NCBI GenBank assembly: GCA_902530985.1
Contig: CACACI010000001.1
Coordinates: forward strand, 3,979-67,978
DNA from: an uncultured Alphaproteobacteria bacterium
GTDB taxonomy: Bacteria > Pseudomonadota > Alphaproteobacteria > Methylaequorales > Methylaequoraceae
Length of the DNA stretch: 64,000 nt
Reading direction: 5' to 3'
Shown in pieces: positions 50,551 through 60,485 of this stretch. A program made the translations under genes and the position numbers. The number at the start of each line of letters is the position of its first letter. Positions within the stretch are counted from its first letter, which is position 1. The notes beneath the pieces are model-generated. The model saw only the letters and a program-made list of their open reading frames with translations, was not told where the DNA came from and made no database searches.

Positions 50551-51819
50551 TTAAAATTTACAAGTAGATTCCGGTTTGTCTTTTCCTAAGGTATCAAGCT
50601 CACTTAATGGATGAATATAACCTTCCTGCGGAGAAACTGAAACCATTGATCTTGGTGCTGCTAATAAAATCGGTTGTCTAAGCTGACCATTCCATGATCT
50701 GAAAGAAACCTTTACACCCTTGTATGCACCCAAACCAAATTTGTCGCTTAATAAATATTTTTGAACTTTTTTTACATCATTACTTTGAGCCCTAGTAATT
50801 GTTTCTCCCAATGCTCTAACTGCCGTCCATGCATGATAGTCAACCTCTGTCATCCATCTCCCGCTTTCTCTCCTAAATCTATTTTGCATTTGAGTAGCAC
50901 CCCACTGCTCATGAGTTCGGTGCCACGAAGTTGGTTTTAATCCTTGAGTTCCAACAACTGGTCTTGGGTCCCATGTTCTATATACAAGATATTCACCAAA
51001 TTCACCATCTTCGTCAGCAACAACAAGAACGTCATATTTTGCAACCTTTGTAAAAATTGGAACTTCTTTACCAGCTGTTCTCCTCAAATCAGCAGTAAAA
51101 TCCCATATTTTTTCTTCTTTTATTTTAACATTAAATTTTTTTGCTGATTTTTTTAGTGCATCAGAGTACAACTTGTCATTTTTATCCGGTCCTGTTACTA
51201 GAAACCATTTTTTCCATTTTTTTTTAACTAAATACTGAGTTAGAGCATCAGAAAGTATAGAATAACTAGGTGGAATATGAAAAAAGTTTTTTTTGCAATT
51301 CTCATTTCTTAAAGAATCATTTTTTGCTCTTACATTAAAAACTATTACATCTTTTATTTCTGGAATAAGCATTAGAGATAATAATTCATCTTCGTTCAAA
51401 TCTACGATAAAAAATTTTATTCCCCTTTTAATTAATTTTTCAAACTCAGTATTAAGGTCTTCTTTCAATAGAATTCTGTGAAATTCAGCCATATAATCAT
51501 GACCAACAAACCTTCCAGTTGTTAGATTATCTTCTATTGCTAACTTAACACCATAAAAACCTTCATCTTCTATTATAGGATCCAGATTAGAGAGAACCGG
51601 GGGTGTTTCTCTTTCTTTTGAAATAAAGGCTATTTTATTTTTAATTGTGATTTCTTTTTGAAAAGCTTTTTTTCCTCTTTTGTCTCTTTCTTTTTTTCTC
51701 TCCAGATCAGCTTTTTTTCTTTCTTGTAATTGCTTAATAGAAAGCTCTCTTGCATCAACAATTAAAGAGAAGTTAATTAACAAAATGAAAAATATATTAT
51801 AAAATATTTTTAAATTCAT
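50551..51819 (-). CDS. Periplasmic substrate-binding protein of the quinoprotein-associated ABC system
   Basis: 422 aa with a signal peptide. A coiled Lys/Glu-rich linker is followed by a type-I periplasmic-binding-fold region. Confidence 0.6.
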   Translation of the reverse strand: MNLKIFYNIFFILLINFSLIVDARELSIKQLQERKKADLERKKERDKRGKKAFQKEITIKNKIAFISKERETPPVLSNLDPIIEDEGFYGVKLAIEDNLTTGRFVGHDYMAEFHRILLKEDLNTEFEKLIKRGIKFFIVDLNEDELLSLMLIPEIKDVIVFNVRAKNDSLRNENCKKNFFHIPPSYSILSDALTQYLVKKKWKKWFLVTGPDKNDKLYSDALKKSAKKFNVKIKEEKIWDFTADLRRTAGKEVPIFTKVAKYDVLVVADEDGEFGEYLVYRTWDPRPVVGTQGLKPTSWHRTHEQWGATQMQNRFRRESGRWMTEVDYHAWTAVRALGETITRAQSNDVKKVQKYLLSDKFGLGAYKGVKVSFRSWNGQLRQPILLAAPRSMVSVSPQEGYIHPLSELDTLGKDKPESTCKF

Positions 51820-51868
51820 AACATTACTAATATAAATTAAATCTAGAAAATGTTAATCGAAAAATTAT

Positions 51869-53059
51869 ATGAAAAAAAAAAATTCCACTAACCTCATTCA
51901 TGCAGGAATTAATAGAACCAAATTTATGGAAACAAGTGAACCACTTTTTCTTACCTCTGGTTTTATTTATAAAACTGCAGAGGAAGCAGAACAAGCATTC
52001 AAGGAACAAAAAAAAAGATTTATGTATTCTAGATTTGGTAATCCAACAATTGAAATATTGCAAAAAAAATTAGCAACTATTGAAGGAGCCGAGGCTTGTT
52101 GGGCAACAGCTACTGGTATGTCAGCTGTTTTTACTATTTTCATGTCTTACTTAAAAAAAGGAGACAGAATTGTAGCTGGTAGAGCACTTTTTGGTAGTTG
52201 TCATCATATCTTAAATGTAATTCTTCCAAAATTTGGTATTGAGGTAGAACTTATTGATGGCAAGGATATTAATTGTTGGGAAAAAGCACTTAAAAAAAAA
52301 ACAAACATGATATTTTTTGAAACACCTTCAAACCCTTGTTTGGAAATAATAGATATAAAAGAGGTTGCAAAATTAGCTAAGAAGAATGGAGCTATAGTTG
52401 TGGTTGATAATGTATTTGCAACGCCTATTCTTCAAAAACCAATTAATTTTGGAGCAGATTTGGTGATGTACTCAGCAACAAAACATATTGATGGACAAGG
52501 TCGAGTTTTAGGAGGTGCTATACTTGGTAAAAAAAAATTTTGCAACGAAGTGATCAAACCTTTTATAAGAAATACTGGGCCATCAATTAGTCCATTTAAT
52601 GCATGGGTATTAATTAAAGGTCTTGAAACATTAGAGCTAAGGGTAAAAAAACAGAGTGAAAATGCAACAAAAATTGTTGATTACTTACAAAAATCCAAAT
52701 TTATAAAAAAAATTTTTTTTCCTTATCTAGAAGAATCTCCACAATTTAATTTGGCAAAAAAACAGATGCTAGGCGGTGGAAATATAATATCGTTTGAGTT
52801 AACTTCCAAAAAGAATAATGAAAAAGAAAAGTCATTTTCCTTTCTTAATAATTTGTCTTTAATAAATATTTCTAATAACCTAGGGGATACAAAATCATTA
52901 ATCACTCACCCAGCAACTACAACACATCACCGATTAAATAAAACTGAAAAAATGGAACTAGGTATTACTAAAAATTTAATTAGGCTTTCGGTTGGTTTAG
53001 AGGATGCTCAGGATATTATTGATGATATCGAAAATTCACTTAAAAAAATTAATATATAG
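51869..53059 (+). CDS. metZ: O-succinylhomoserine sulfhydrylase / cystathionine gamma-synthase family PLP enzyme
   Basis: 396 aa of the Cys/Met-metabolism PLP family, including the PLP-Lys region SATKHIDGQG. Confidence 0.8.
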   Translation: MKKKNSTNLIHAGINRTKFMETSEPLFLTSGFIYKTAEEAEQAFKEQKKRFMYSRFGNPTIEILQKKLATIEGAEACWATATGMSAVFTIFMSYLKKGDRIVAGRALFGSCHHILNVILPKFGIEVELIDGKDINCWEKALKKKTNMIFFETPSNPCLEIIDIKEVAKLAKKNGAIVVVDNVFATPILQKPINFGADLVMYSATKHIDGQGRVLGGAILGKKKFCNEVIKPFIRNTGPSISPFNAWVLIKGLETLELRVKKQSENATKIVDYLQKSKFIKKIFFPYLEESPQFNLAKKQMLGGGNIISFELTSKKNNEKEKSFSFLNNLSLINISNNLGDTKSLITHPATTTHHRLNKTEKMELGITKNLIRLSVGLEDAQDIIDDIENSLKKINI

Positions 53060-53066
53060 GAAAAAG

Positions 53067-53453
53067 ATGGTAAAAAAACACAAAGTCTCAGTTTTTGTTG
53101 AATCAATCTATTTAGAAGATCACTCAGACCCCTTGGAAGACTCATACTTATGGGCATACAAAGTGAAAATTAAAAACAACGGCAATCAAAAAGTTAAACT
53201 TATTAGCAGGCATTGGAAAATATTTGATGCTAATGGAAATATTAGAGAGGTCAAAGGAGATGGTGTTGTTGGAGAACAACCTACTATAGAACCAGGTGAT
53301 GAGTTTGAATATACGAGTGGAACTCCACTTAATACTAGTTCAGGTATGATGCATGGGAGTTATTATATGCAAAGTTTCGATGGAAAAAAATTTGAAGTAC
53401 CAATACCAGCTTTTTCATTAGATATTCCCAACACAGATAATAAATTTAATTAA
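53067..53453 (+). CDS. apaG: ApaG domain protein
   Basis: ApaG/DUF525 core (YLWAYKVKIKNNGNQKVKLISRHWKIFDANG). ATG at 53067 follows an AGGAAA RBS. The tracked ORF began earlier, overlapping metZ. Confidence 0.72.
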   Translation: MVKKHKVSVFVESIYLEDHSDPLEDSYLWAYKVKIKNNGNQKVKLISRHWKIFDANGNIREVKGDGVVGEQPTIEPGDEFEYTSGTPLNTSSGMMHGSYYMQSFDGKKFEVPIPAFSLDIPNTDNKFN

Positions 53454-53455
53454 AA

Positions 53456-54904
53456 ATGGAAAACCTAAAGTCTTCTCTCTTTATAATTGGGAATCTATTA
53501 GTATTCTTTTCATTATACACCTTCATACCTGGAGTTGTTGATTATTTTTATGAAGGGACAGATTGGGTGGTTTTCTTTGTTATCTCAATTGTTTGTCTAT
53601 TCACAGGTCTAAACGTTTCATTTATTTTCAAAAGAAAAGATAAGGATGTTGAAATTCTCTCAGCTTTTTTACTAACCTTAATATCTTGGATCCTTTTAAC
53701 ATTTATTGGTGCTTTACCATTCTTTCTCGGCACAACTAGCCTTTCTCTTTCAGATTCTTTTTTTGAATCCATGTCTGGTCTTACCACAACAGGTGCTACA
53801 GTTATTCAAAGCCTTGATACTACATCTAATTCTATTTTAATTTGGAGAGCAATGCTTCAATGGCTCGGCGGGATTGGAATAATAGTAATTGCTATTGCAA
53901 TTTTCCCAATATTGAAAATTGGAGGAATGCAACTTTTTCAGAGCGAATTTAGTTCAAAGGAAGAAAAAGTTCTACCTAGAACAACTAAAATTGCAACTGG
54001 AATAGGTTTTGTTTATTTTTTTCTAACTATAATCTGTTCTATTTTATTATTTTTCTCTGGGATGAGTTTCTTCGATAGTATTGCTCACGGAATGACTATA
54101 ATTGCAACAGGGGGGTTTTCAACCAGAGACATGTCAATTGGATTTTTTGACTCTTTATATACTGAAATAATTACAATTTTTTTTATGATAATATCATCTC
54201 TTCCGTTTATTTTATTATTTCAAACTTTGAGGGGTAAAGTAATGGACTTAATAATGAGTTCACAAGTCAGGTTTTTTTTGTTTTTGATTTTTGTTGTAAC
54301 AGTTATAGTTGCATTTTGGTTAAAAAGATACTATGAAGTAGACTTTTTTCAATCATTGAGAATTTCTGCTTTTGCTGTTGTTTCGATTTCTACTGGAAGT
54401 GGATTTAGCACTTATGATTTTAGCGTTTGGGGCTCATTTACTACGTTATTATTTCTTTTTCTTATGCTTGTTGGGGGATGTTCAGGTTCATCGAGTTGCG
54501 GATTAAAAGTTTTCAGAATTCAAATTCTAATTAAATCTTCTGTAACATTAATAAAAAAAATAATTCAACCAAGAGGTGTTTTTCTACCAACTTATAATTC
54601 CAGAGAAATAAGCGAAGATGTTTTGTCATCTGTGACGGGTTACTTTTTTCTATATATTTTCGTTTTTGTCTTTTTAAGTTTAATTCTAGCTTTTGATGGA
54701 CAAGGAATAATAACTTCCGTTTCGGGTGCGGCTGCTGCTCTAGCTAATGTAGGACCTGGTTTAAACGAAGTAATTGGACCTAGTGGTAATTATTCTTCAA
54801 TTTCTAATTTTGCAAAATTTTTTCTATGTTTGGGAATGCTTATTGGAAGATTAGAACTCTTTCCAATCCTTATACTGCTTTCACCACAGTTATGGAAAAG
54901 ATAA
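53456..54904 (+). CDS. trkH: TrkH/KtrB-family potassium uptake protein
   Basis: 482 aa polytopic membrane protein with repeated M-P-M selectivity-filter-like Gly motifs (SGLTTTG, ATGGFS, STGSGFS). Confidence 0.82.
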   Translation: MENLKSSLFIIGNLLVFFSLYTFIPGVVDYFYEGTDWVVFFVISIVCLFTGLNVSFIFKRKDKDVEILSAFLLTLISWILLTFIGALPFFLGTTSLSLSDSFFESMSGLTTTGATVIQSLDTTSNSILIWRAMLQWLGGIGIIVIAIAIFPILKIGGMQLFQSEFSSKEEKVLPRTTKIATGIGFVYFFLTIICSILLFFSGMSFFDSIAHGMTIIATGGFSTRDMSIGFFDSLYTEIITIFFMIISSLPFILLFQTLRGKVMDLIMSSQVRFFLFLIFVVTVIVAFWLKRYYEVDFFQSLRISAFAVVSISTGSGFSTYDFSVWGSFTTLLFLFLMLVGGCSGSSSCGLKVFRIQILIKSSVTLIKKIIQPRGVFLPTYNSREISEDVLSSVTGYFFLYIFVFVFLSLILAFDGQGIITSVSGAAAALANVGPGLNEVIGPSGNYSSISNFAKFFLCLGMLIGRLELFPILILLSPQLWKR

Positions 54905-54909
54905 ATTAA

Positions 54910-55821
54910 TCAAATTAAATTCATGCACCACAATAAAATAGCTTGGTGAGCATACAATCTATTTTCAGCTTCAGACCAAACAAGAGATTTTTTTCCATCA
55001 ATCACTTCGTCTGTAACTTCACATCCACGATGTGCAGGAAGACAATGTAAAAAATATGTGTCCTTATTTGTTTTTTCCATCAATTTTTCATTAATTTGAA
55101 ACTTCTTGAATTTTTTCAATCTTTCTGGATCATTCTCCATACCCATTGAAACCCAAGTATCAGTGATTATAACATCTGCATCCTTTACTGCTTCATAGGG
55201 ATCTTCATATAGTTCTATATTGGACGAGCCTATCCTTTTCAATAATTCTTTTTTTGGAAAACTCCCAGGAGGACATGAAATTTTAAAGTCATAATTAAAA
55301 TGAACACATGAATGTATCCATGAATTACAAACATTATTTCCATCACCAACCCAACATATCTTTAATTCATCTAATGAATCAAAATTTTCTTGTAAAGTCA
55401 TTATATCTGCCATAATTTGACAAGGATGGCTTTCGTCAGTTAATCCATTGATTATTGGTACTGTTGATAACTTTGATAAATCATAAAGTTTTTTTTCATT
55501 AGAACCTCGATAAACAACAATATCCACATATTTTGATAAAACTTTCATTGTGTCTTCAAGTGATTCACCTCTTCCAAGTTGAGTGTCAGCATGATCTAAA
55601 ATCACCACATCTCCATCAAGTTGTTTCATCCCTACTTCAAAAGAAACTCTCGTTCTAGTTGAAGGTTTTTCAAATATCATTGCTAGTATTTTTTTTTCAT
55701 TGAATTTTTTTTTTTTATAATTTTTCTTTATCTTGTGGCTCTCAGATAAAATCAAATTCATATCTTTAATATCTAGCTCATTTAAATTTAAAAAATGTCT
55801 GAATTTTTTTTTCATTTGCAA
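54910..55821 (-). CDS. argF: Ornithine carbamoyltransferase
   Basis: 303 aa with the STRTR carbamoyl-phosphate motif and the HCLPAHRG ornithine-binding motif. Confidence 0.85.
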   Translation of the reverse strand: MQMKKKFRHFLNLNELDIKDMNLILSESHKIKKNYKKKKFNEKKILAMIFEKPSTRTRVSFEVGMKQLDGDVVILDHADTQLGRGESLEDTMKVLSKYVDIVVYRGSNEKKLYDLSKLSTVPIINGLTDESHPCQIMADIMTLQENFDSLDELKICWVGDGNNVCNSWIHSCVHFNYDFKISCPPGSFPKKELLKRIGSSNIELYEDPYEAVKDADVIITDTWVSMGMENDPERLKKFKKFQINEKLMEKTNKDTYFLHCLPAHRGCEVTDEVIDGKKSLVWSEAENRLYAHQAILLWCMNLI

Positions 55822-55823
55822 AC

Positions 55824-56987
55824 CTACAATTTTGAAAAAGCTTTATCTATTTTTAAGATTGCTTCTTCTACATGCTTCATTTCTAATATAAGTGGAGGAA
55901 GCATTCTTATGACATTTTGACCAGCTTTAACTGTTAAGAACTTCTCTTGGACTAATGATTCTATTAAAATCTCATTTTTTTCTACTGCCTCCAACCCTAT
56001 CATAAGGCCTATACCTCTAACTCCTGAAACTAGATGTGGAAATTTAGAAATAATTTCATCTTTTAAAAGCTTCCTTAAATTATATCCAATTTCTCTCACA
56101 TGATCTAAGAAATCTTTGTTTAAGACAAAATTAAGCACCTCATTTGCAACAGCCATTGCTAGTGGATTACCCCCAAAGGTCGAACCGTGTGAACCCTGAG
56201 GCATCGATTTTGTTGTTTTTTTATCTAACAAAAGAGCACCTGTTGGAAATCCTCCACCGATTCCTTTAGCTATTGCAACTAAATTTGGATTTAATTCTTT
56301 AACCCATTCAGTTGCTAGAAACTTACCAGTTCTTCCTACACCACATTGCACTTCATCAAAAAACAATAAAATTTCATTATCTTTTGCTATTTTCTGAATA
56401 TCTTTTAGGTATTGTTTCTCTGCCGGTGTAATTCCTCCTTCTCCTTGAACTGTTTCAATCATTATTGCGGCAGTTTCTTTATCAATATTTTTTTTTATTT
56501 CTTTACTATCATTAAAACTTACTTGTTTAAATCCTTCAAGCACTGGCTCAAAGCCCTGGGTAAGTTTTGATTTTCCACTAGCAGATATGGCCCCATAAGT
56601 TCTTCCATGAAAGGCGTTTTTTGCACAGATTATTTTATATTTTTTTTCTTTCCTATCATTAAAGTACATTCTAATTACCTTTATCCCTGCCTCAATCGCC
56701 TCAGTTCCAGAATTACAAAAAAAGACCGATTGAGCAAAAGAATTTTTAGTTATCTTATCTGCAACTATCTGTTGCTTTTCTATATTAAAAAGGTTTGAGC
56801 AATGCCATATTTTCTCAGCTTGATCTTTTAATGCTGAAATTAATGAAGGATGACTGTGTCCAAGGCTTGTTACACCTATACCACTAGTGAAATCTAAATA
56901 TCTAGTCCCATCTTTTGAGTAAAGATATACACCATCACCATGATCTACATCTATATTTAAAGGGTTATATACTCCTAAAATACTCAT
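55824..56987 (-). CDS. argD: Acetylornithine aminotransferase (class III PLP aminotransferase)
   Basis: 387 aa with class-III aminotransferase motifs (DEVQCGVGRTGK, GIGGGFP). Adjacent to argF. Confidence 0.82.
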   Translation of the reverse strand: MSILGVYNPLNIDVDHGDGVYLYSKDGTRYLDFTSGIGVTSLGHSHPSLISALKDQAEKIWHCSNLFNIEKQQIVADKITKNSFAQSVFFCNSGTEAIEAGIKVIRMYFNDRKEKKYKIICAKNAFHGRTYGAISASGKSKLTQGFEPVLEGFKQVSFNDSKEIKKNIDKETAAIMIETVQGEGGITPAEKQYLKDIQKIAKDNEILLFFDEVQCGVGRTGKFLATEWVKELNPNLVAIAKGIGGGFPTGALLLDKKTTKSMPQGSHGSTFGGNPLAMAVANEVLNFVLNKDFLDHVREIGYNLRKLLKDEIISKFPHLVSGVRGIGLMIGLEAVEKNEILIESLVQEKFLTVKAGQNVIRMLPPLILEMKHVEEAILKIDKAFSKL

Positions 56988-57776
56988 TTAAGATCTCAGT
57001 CCATAACCATTTCTAAAAACATAAATAGTAATAATTAAAAAAACAAAGTTACTGCTTAACATGATTATATAGCCAACTAATAAGTTGCTGTCAGCTTGTC
57101 CTAAAAATCCATATCTAAAACCATCAATCATATAAAAAAAAGGGTTCCAACTCGCCAAGAAATTCCAAAATTCAGGCAATCTATCTATTGTATAAAAGGT
57201 ACCTGAAAGAAATGTCAGAGGCAAGATAATAAAGTTTGTAACTGAAGCCATATGATCAAACTTTTTTGCCCATATTCCGCATAAAATACCTAATAATGAT
57301 AACAAAAGAGAAGAAGAAACTGCAAAAAAAATTATTATTGCAAAATTGTAAACTTCGATTGGTATGAAAAAATTAATTAGAAGATATACTGCCAAACCAA
57401 CCAATAATCCTCTTGTTACACCTCCAAGAGTATAAGAAAAAGTTAATTCTAGTTCAGACATCGGTGGCATTAATACATCTACTATATTACCTTGAACCTT
57501 TGAAATCAAAATAGATGAGGAAGTGTTTGCAAAAGAGTTTTGCATTATTGACATACAAATAAGTCCTGGGGCTAAAAATTCAGTGTAAGAGTAATCTCCA
57601 GTGGCTAAGTAATCTCTATCGATAGACAAGGTAAATATCAAATAAAATAAAATCGTAGTAATTGCGGGGGCAAGAATAGTCTGAGCTAAAACACTATAAA
57701 ACCTTTTTACTTCTTTTTTATAAAGTGTGTAAAAGCCTATCCAATTGAATCCTTTAAAACTTTTTATATTATACAT
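56988..57776 (-). CDS. ABC-2 type transporter permease
   Basis: 262 aa with six TM segments of the ABC-2 family. No partner ATPase within the window. Confidence 0.6.
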   Translation of the reverse strand: MYNIKSFKGFNWIGFYTLYKKEVKRFYSVLAQTILAPAITTILFYLIFTLSIDRDYLATGDYSYTEFLAPGLICMSIMQNSFANTSSSILISKVQGNIVDVLMPPMSELELTFSYTLGGVTRGLLVGLAVYLLINFFIPIEVYNFAIIIFFAVSSSLLLSLLGILCGIWAKKFDHMASVTNFIILPLTFLSGTFYTIDRLPEFWNFLASWNPFFYMIDGFRYGFLGQADSNLLVGYIIMLSSNFVFLIITIYVFRNGYGLRS

Positions 57777-57804
57777 ATTCTATATAATTAAATTTAATTT
57801 ACTT

Positions 57805-58320
57805 ATGATATCTGATTATTTAAAAAAATATTCAACCTACTATTTATCAAGATATTCCGTAACCAAAGGAAAATTCGAGGATATCTTAAAAAAAAAAATC
57901 ACCAAGGATTATTTAGAAAAAAAAATTAGTAAAGATGATTATAATATTTTCAATTTGGAAATAAAGAATGTGATCAATTACTTCAGCAAGATTGGTGTAT
58001 TTAATGAAAAAAGATTGCTAGAATTAACTTTCCAAAATTATGTAAAGAAAGGTTATTCCAAAAAAAAAATCAAATACAAGATTTTAAATTCCAAGTTTAA
58101 CGACTCACTTATTGCTGATTTCTTTAGAGATGAGTTAACTAACGAGAATCTTGATGAATTACTAATTAAAAATTATTTAAATAGAACAAGAATTATTGAA
58201 AAACAAAAAAAATTAAATATTTCAGATAAACAACTTTTTGATAAGATGTTAATCAAACTGACAAACCAAGGTTTTAATTATGAAAATTCGAGGAAAATAT
58301 TAAAAAAGTTTATACTATAA
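57805..58320 (+). CDS. Hypothetical protein, possibly RecX-like
   Basis: ATG at 57805. The tracked upstream extension overlaps the divergent permease. Basic, helical-repeat composition with YYLSRYSVTKGKFEDIL resembling the RecX pattern. Weak call. Confidence 0.3.
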   Translation: MISDYLKKYSTYYLSRYSVTKGKFEDILKKKITKDYLEKKISKDDYNIFNLEIKNVINYFSKIGVFNEKRLLELTFQNYVKKGYSKKKIKYKILNSKFNDSLIADFFRDELTNENLDELLIKNYLNRTRIIEKQKKLNISDKQLFDKMLIKLTNQGFNYENSRKILKKFIL

Positions 58321-58323
58321 TAA

Positions 58324-59415
58324 ATGGAATCTATTTTTAAAATATATGAAAAATTAATTGTCTCCAACGATTTTATCCTTTTGGGTTTGAGCCTTTCAAA
58401 TCTTTTGTGTTCATTGGTTGTTTTCTTAGTATTTGTAATTTTCAAACCTACAATTAAAAAATTATTTTTAAAAAAAATTTCTATTTTTGCTAGATTCTCA
58501 GATAAAAAAGTTAAAGACTCATTCTTGCATTCTATAGAAAAACCAATTGGATTTTTTGTAATTTGTTTAGGATTTTTTTCAGCATCTAACGTATTAAATT
58601 CACCAGAAAAAGTTAACATTTTTCTAAATAATCTTAATCTTTCGTTGTTTACGATATTAATTTTTTGGTTGATTAGCAAAATTATAGAACCATTAAGTCA
58701 CAAAATTAAAAACATTAGATCTATTGTTTCTAAGGATTTAATAGATTGGTTAATTAATGCAATTAAAATTATTGTTTTTATTCTAGGGTTTTCAGCAGTT
58801 TTAGAACTATGGGGTATAAGAGTAGGTCCGATAATAGCTGGTCTGGGTTTATTTGGAGTTGCCGTTGCTTTGGGTGCGCAAGATTTATTTAAAAATCTTA
58901 TCTCAGGAATATTAGTTTTAGTAGAAAAAAGGTTCAAAAAAGGCGATGTAATTAATATTGAAAATGTAGTTGAAGGGAGTGTGGAGAAAATTGGATTTCG
59001 TTCAACCGCTATAAGAAAGTTTGATAAATCTTTATGTTTCATTCCAAATTATCAATTTGCTGAAAATGCTGTTACTAATGTTACTGCAATTTCAAATCGA
59101 AGGATTAACTGGATTATAGGTGTGGAGTACAAAAGTTCTATTACACAGCTTAAAAAAATTTGTAATGATCTAGAGAACTGTATTCGCTCAAATAAAAAAG
59201 ATTTTGTAGTATCGGATGCAACCCCAGTCATCGTTAAAATAAATGAATTTGCACCAAGTTCTATCGACATACTAGTTAGATGCTTCACGAAGACTAATGA
59301 TTATACAAAATTTGTTGAAGCTAAAGATAGGTTGGCGGTAGATATTAAAAGAATTGTTGAAAAGAGAAAAGGATCTTTTGCTTTTCCATCTCAATCATTA
59401 TACATTGAGAAGTAA
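58324..59415 (+). CDS. mscS: Small-conductance mechanosensitive channel (MscS family)
   Basis: 363 aa with N-terminal TM helices followed by the MscS beta-domain (GDVINIENVVEGSVEKIGFRSTAIRKFD). Confidence 0.8.
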   Translation: MESIFKIYEKLIVSNDFILLGLSLSNLLCSLVVFLVFVIFKPTIKKLFLKKISIFARFSDKKVKDSFLHSIEKPIGFFVICLGFFSASNVLNSPEKVNIFLNNLNLSLFTILIFWLISKIIEPLSHKIKNIRSIVSKDLIDWLINAIKIIVFILGFSAVLELWGIRVGPIIAGLGLFGVAVALGAQDLFKNLISGILVLVEKRFKKGDVINIENVVEGSVEKIGFRSTAIRKFDKSLCFIPNYQFAENAVTNVTAISNRRINWIIGVEYKSSITQLKKICNDLENCIRSNKKDFVVSDATPVIVKINEFAPSSIDILVRCFTKTNDYTKFVEAKDRLAVDIKRIVEKRKGSFAFPSQSLYIEK

Positions 59416-59425
59416 AAAATGATCT

Positions 59426-60457
59426 CTATCCAAAACTTTTTACTTTGTCATCAAAAGTTGACCAAACTCCATCTTTACCGTCCCAACTTCCAGAAGTAGC
59501 AACTTTTGAATATTCCGTTGCTCTAGCTTCAAAGAAATTAGCATGTTCTACTCCATTTAATATCTCTGTTAACCAGGGTAAAGGGTGTTCTTTTATTCCA
59601 AACATAGGCTTCAAACTTAGTTGTTTTAATCTCCAGTCAGCTATATACCTTATGTACTTTTTGATATCTGAGGGTTCCATTCCTTCAACTGAACCCATTT
59701 CAAATGCAAGGTCAATAAAATTATCCTCTAGTTCTACAACTTTTTCACAACACTCTATTATTTCTTTTCTAAGCTTTTGAGTCATACACTTGGTTTCTTT
59801 CACAAATTCATGAAAAAGTTTTACCATGCCTTCACAATGAAGAGATTCATCTCTCACTGACCATGTTACAATCTGGCCCATTCCCCTCATTTTATTATGC
59901 CTAGGGAAGTTCAAGAGCATTGCAAAACTTGCAAAGAGTTGAAGACCTTCCGTAAATCCTCCAAACATTGCAACAGTTTTTGCAATTTCATGATTTGAAT
60001 CTACTGTAAATTGTTGCATATAATCATGTTTATCAGACATTTCCTTGTATTTCAGAAATGCAGAAAATTCAGTATCAGGCATTCCAATTGTTTCCAGCAA
60101 TAATGCGTATGCAGCAATGTGAACAGTTTCTATATTAGAAAAAGCAGACATCATCATTTTTATCTCTGTTGGTTTGAAAACTTGGGAGTACCTTTCCATG
60201 TAATTATCATTTACCTCAACGTCAGATTGAGTAAAAAATCTGAATATTTGAGTTAGAAGGTTTCTTTCGTTATCATTAAGTTTTACAACCCAATCTTTAC
60301 AATCTTCACCCAATGGTACTTCTTCTGGCATCCAATGAACCTGTTGCTGTCTTTTCCAAAAATCATAAGCCCAAGGATATCTGAAGGGCTTGTAAGAATG
60401 GGAAGAAGTAAGTAAGCCAGGCTTTTTTATATCAATTTTTTTATCGTTTCCGTCCAT
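59426..60457 (-). CDS. nrdB: Ribonucleoside-diphosphate reductase beta subunit (class Ia)
   Basis: 343 aa with di-iron ligands and the tyrosyl-radical region of NrdB. Confidence 0.9.
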   Translation of the reverse strand: MDGNDKKIDIKKPGLLTSSHSYKPFRYPWAYDFWKRQQQVHWMPEEVPLGEDCKDWVVKLNDNERNLLTQIFRFFTQSDVEVNDNYMERYSQVFKPTEIKMMMSAFSNIETVHIAAYALLLETIGMPDTEFSAFLKYKEMSDKHDYMQQFTVDSNHEIAKTVAMFGGFTEGLQLFASFAMLLNFPRHNKMRGMGQIVTWSVRDESLHCEGMVKLFHEFVKETKCMTQKLRKEIIECCEKVVELEDNFIDLAFEMGSVEGMEPSDIKKYIRYIADWRLKQLSLKPMFGIKEHPLPWLTEILNGVEHANFFEARATEYSKVATSGSWDGKDGVWSTFDDKVKSFG

Positions 60458-60485
60458 TTATTTTCTCCTTATAGTTGTTTCAGTC

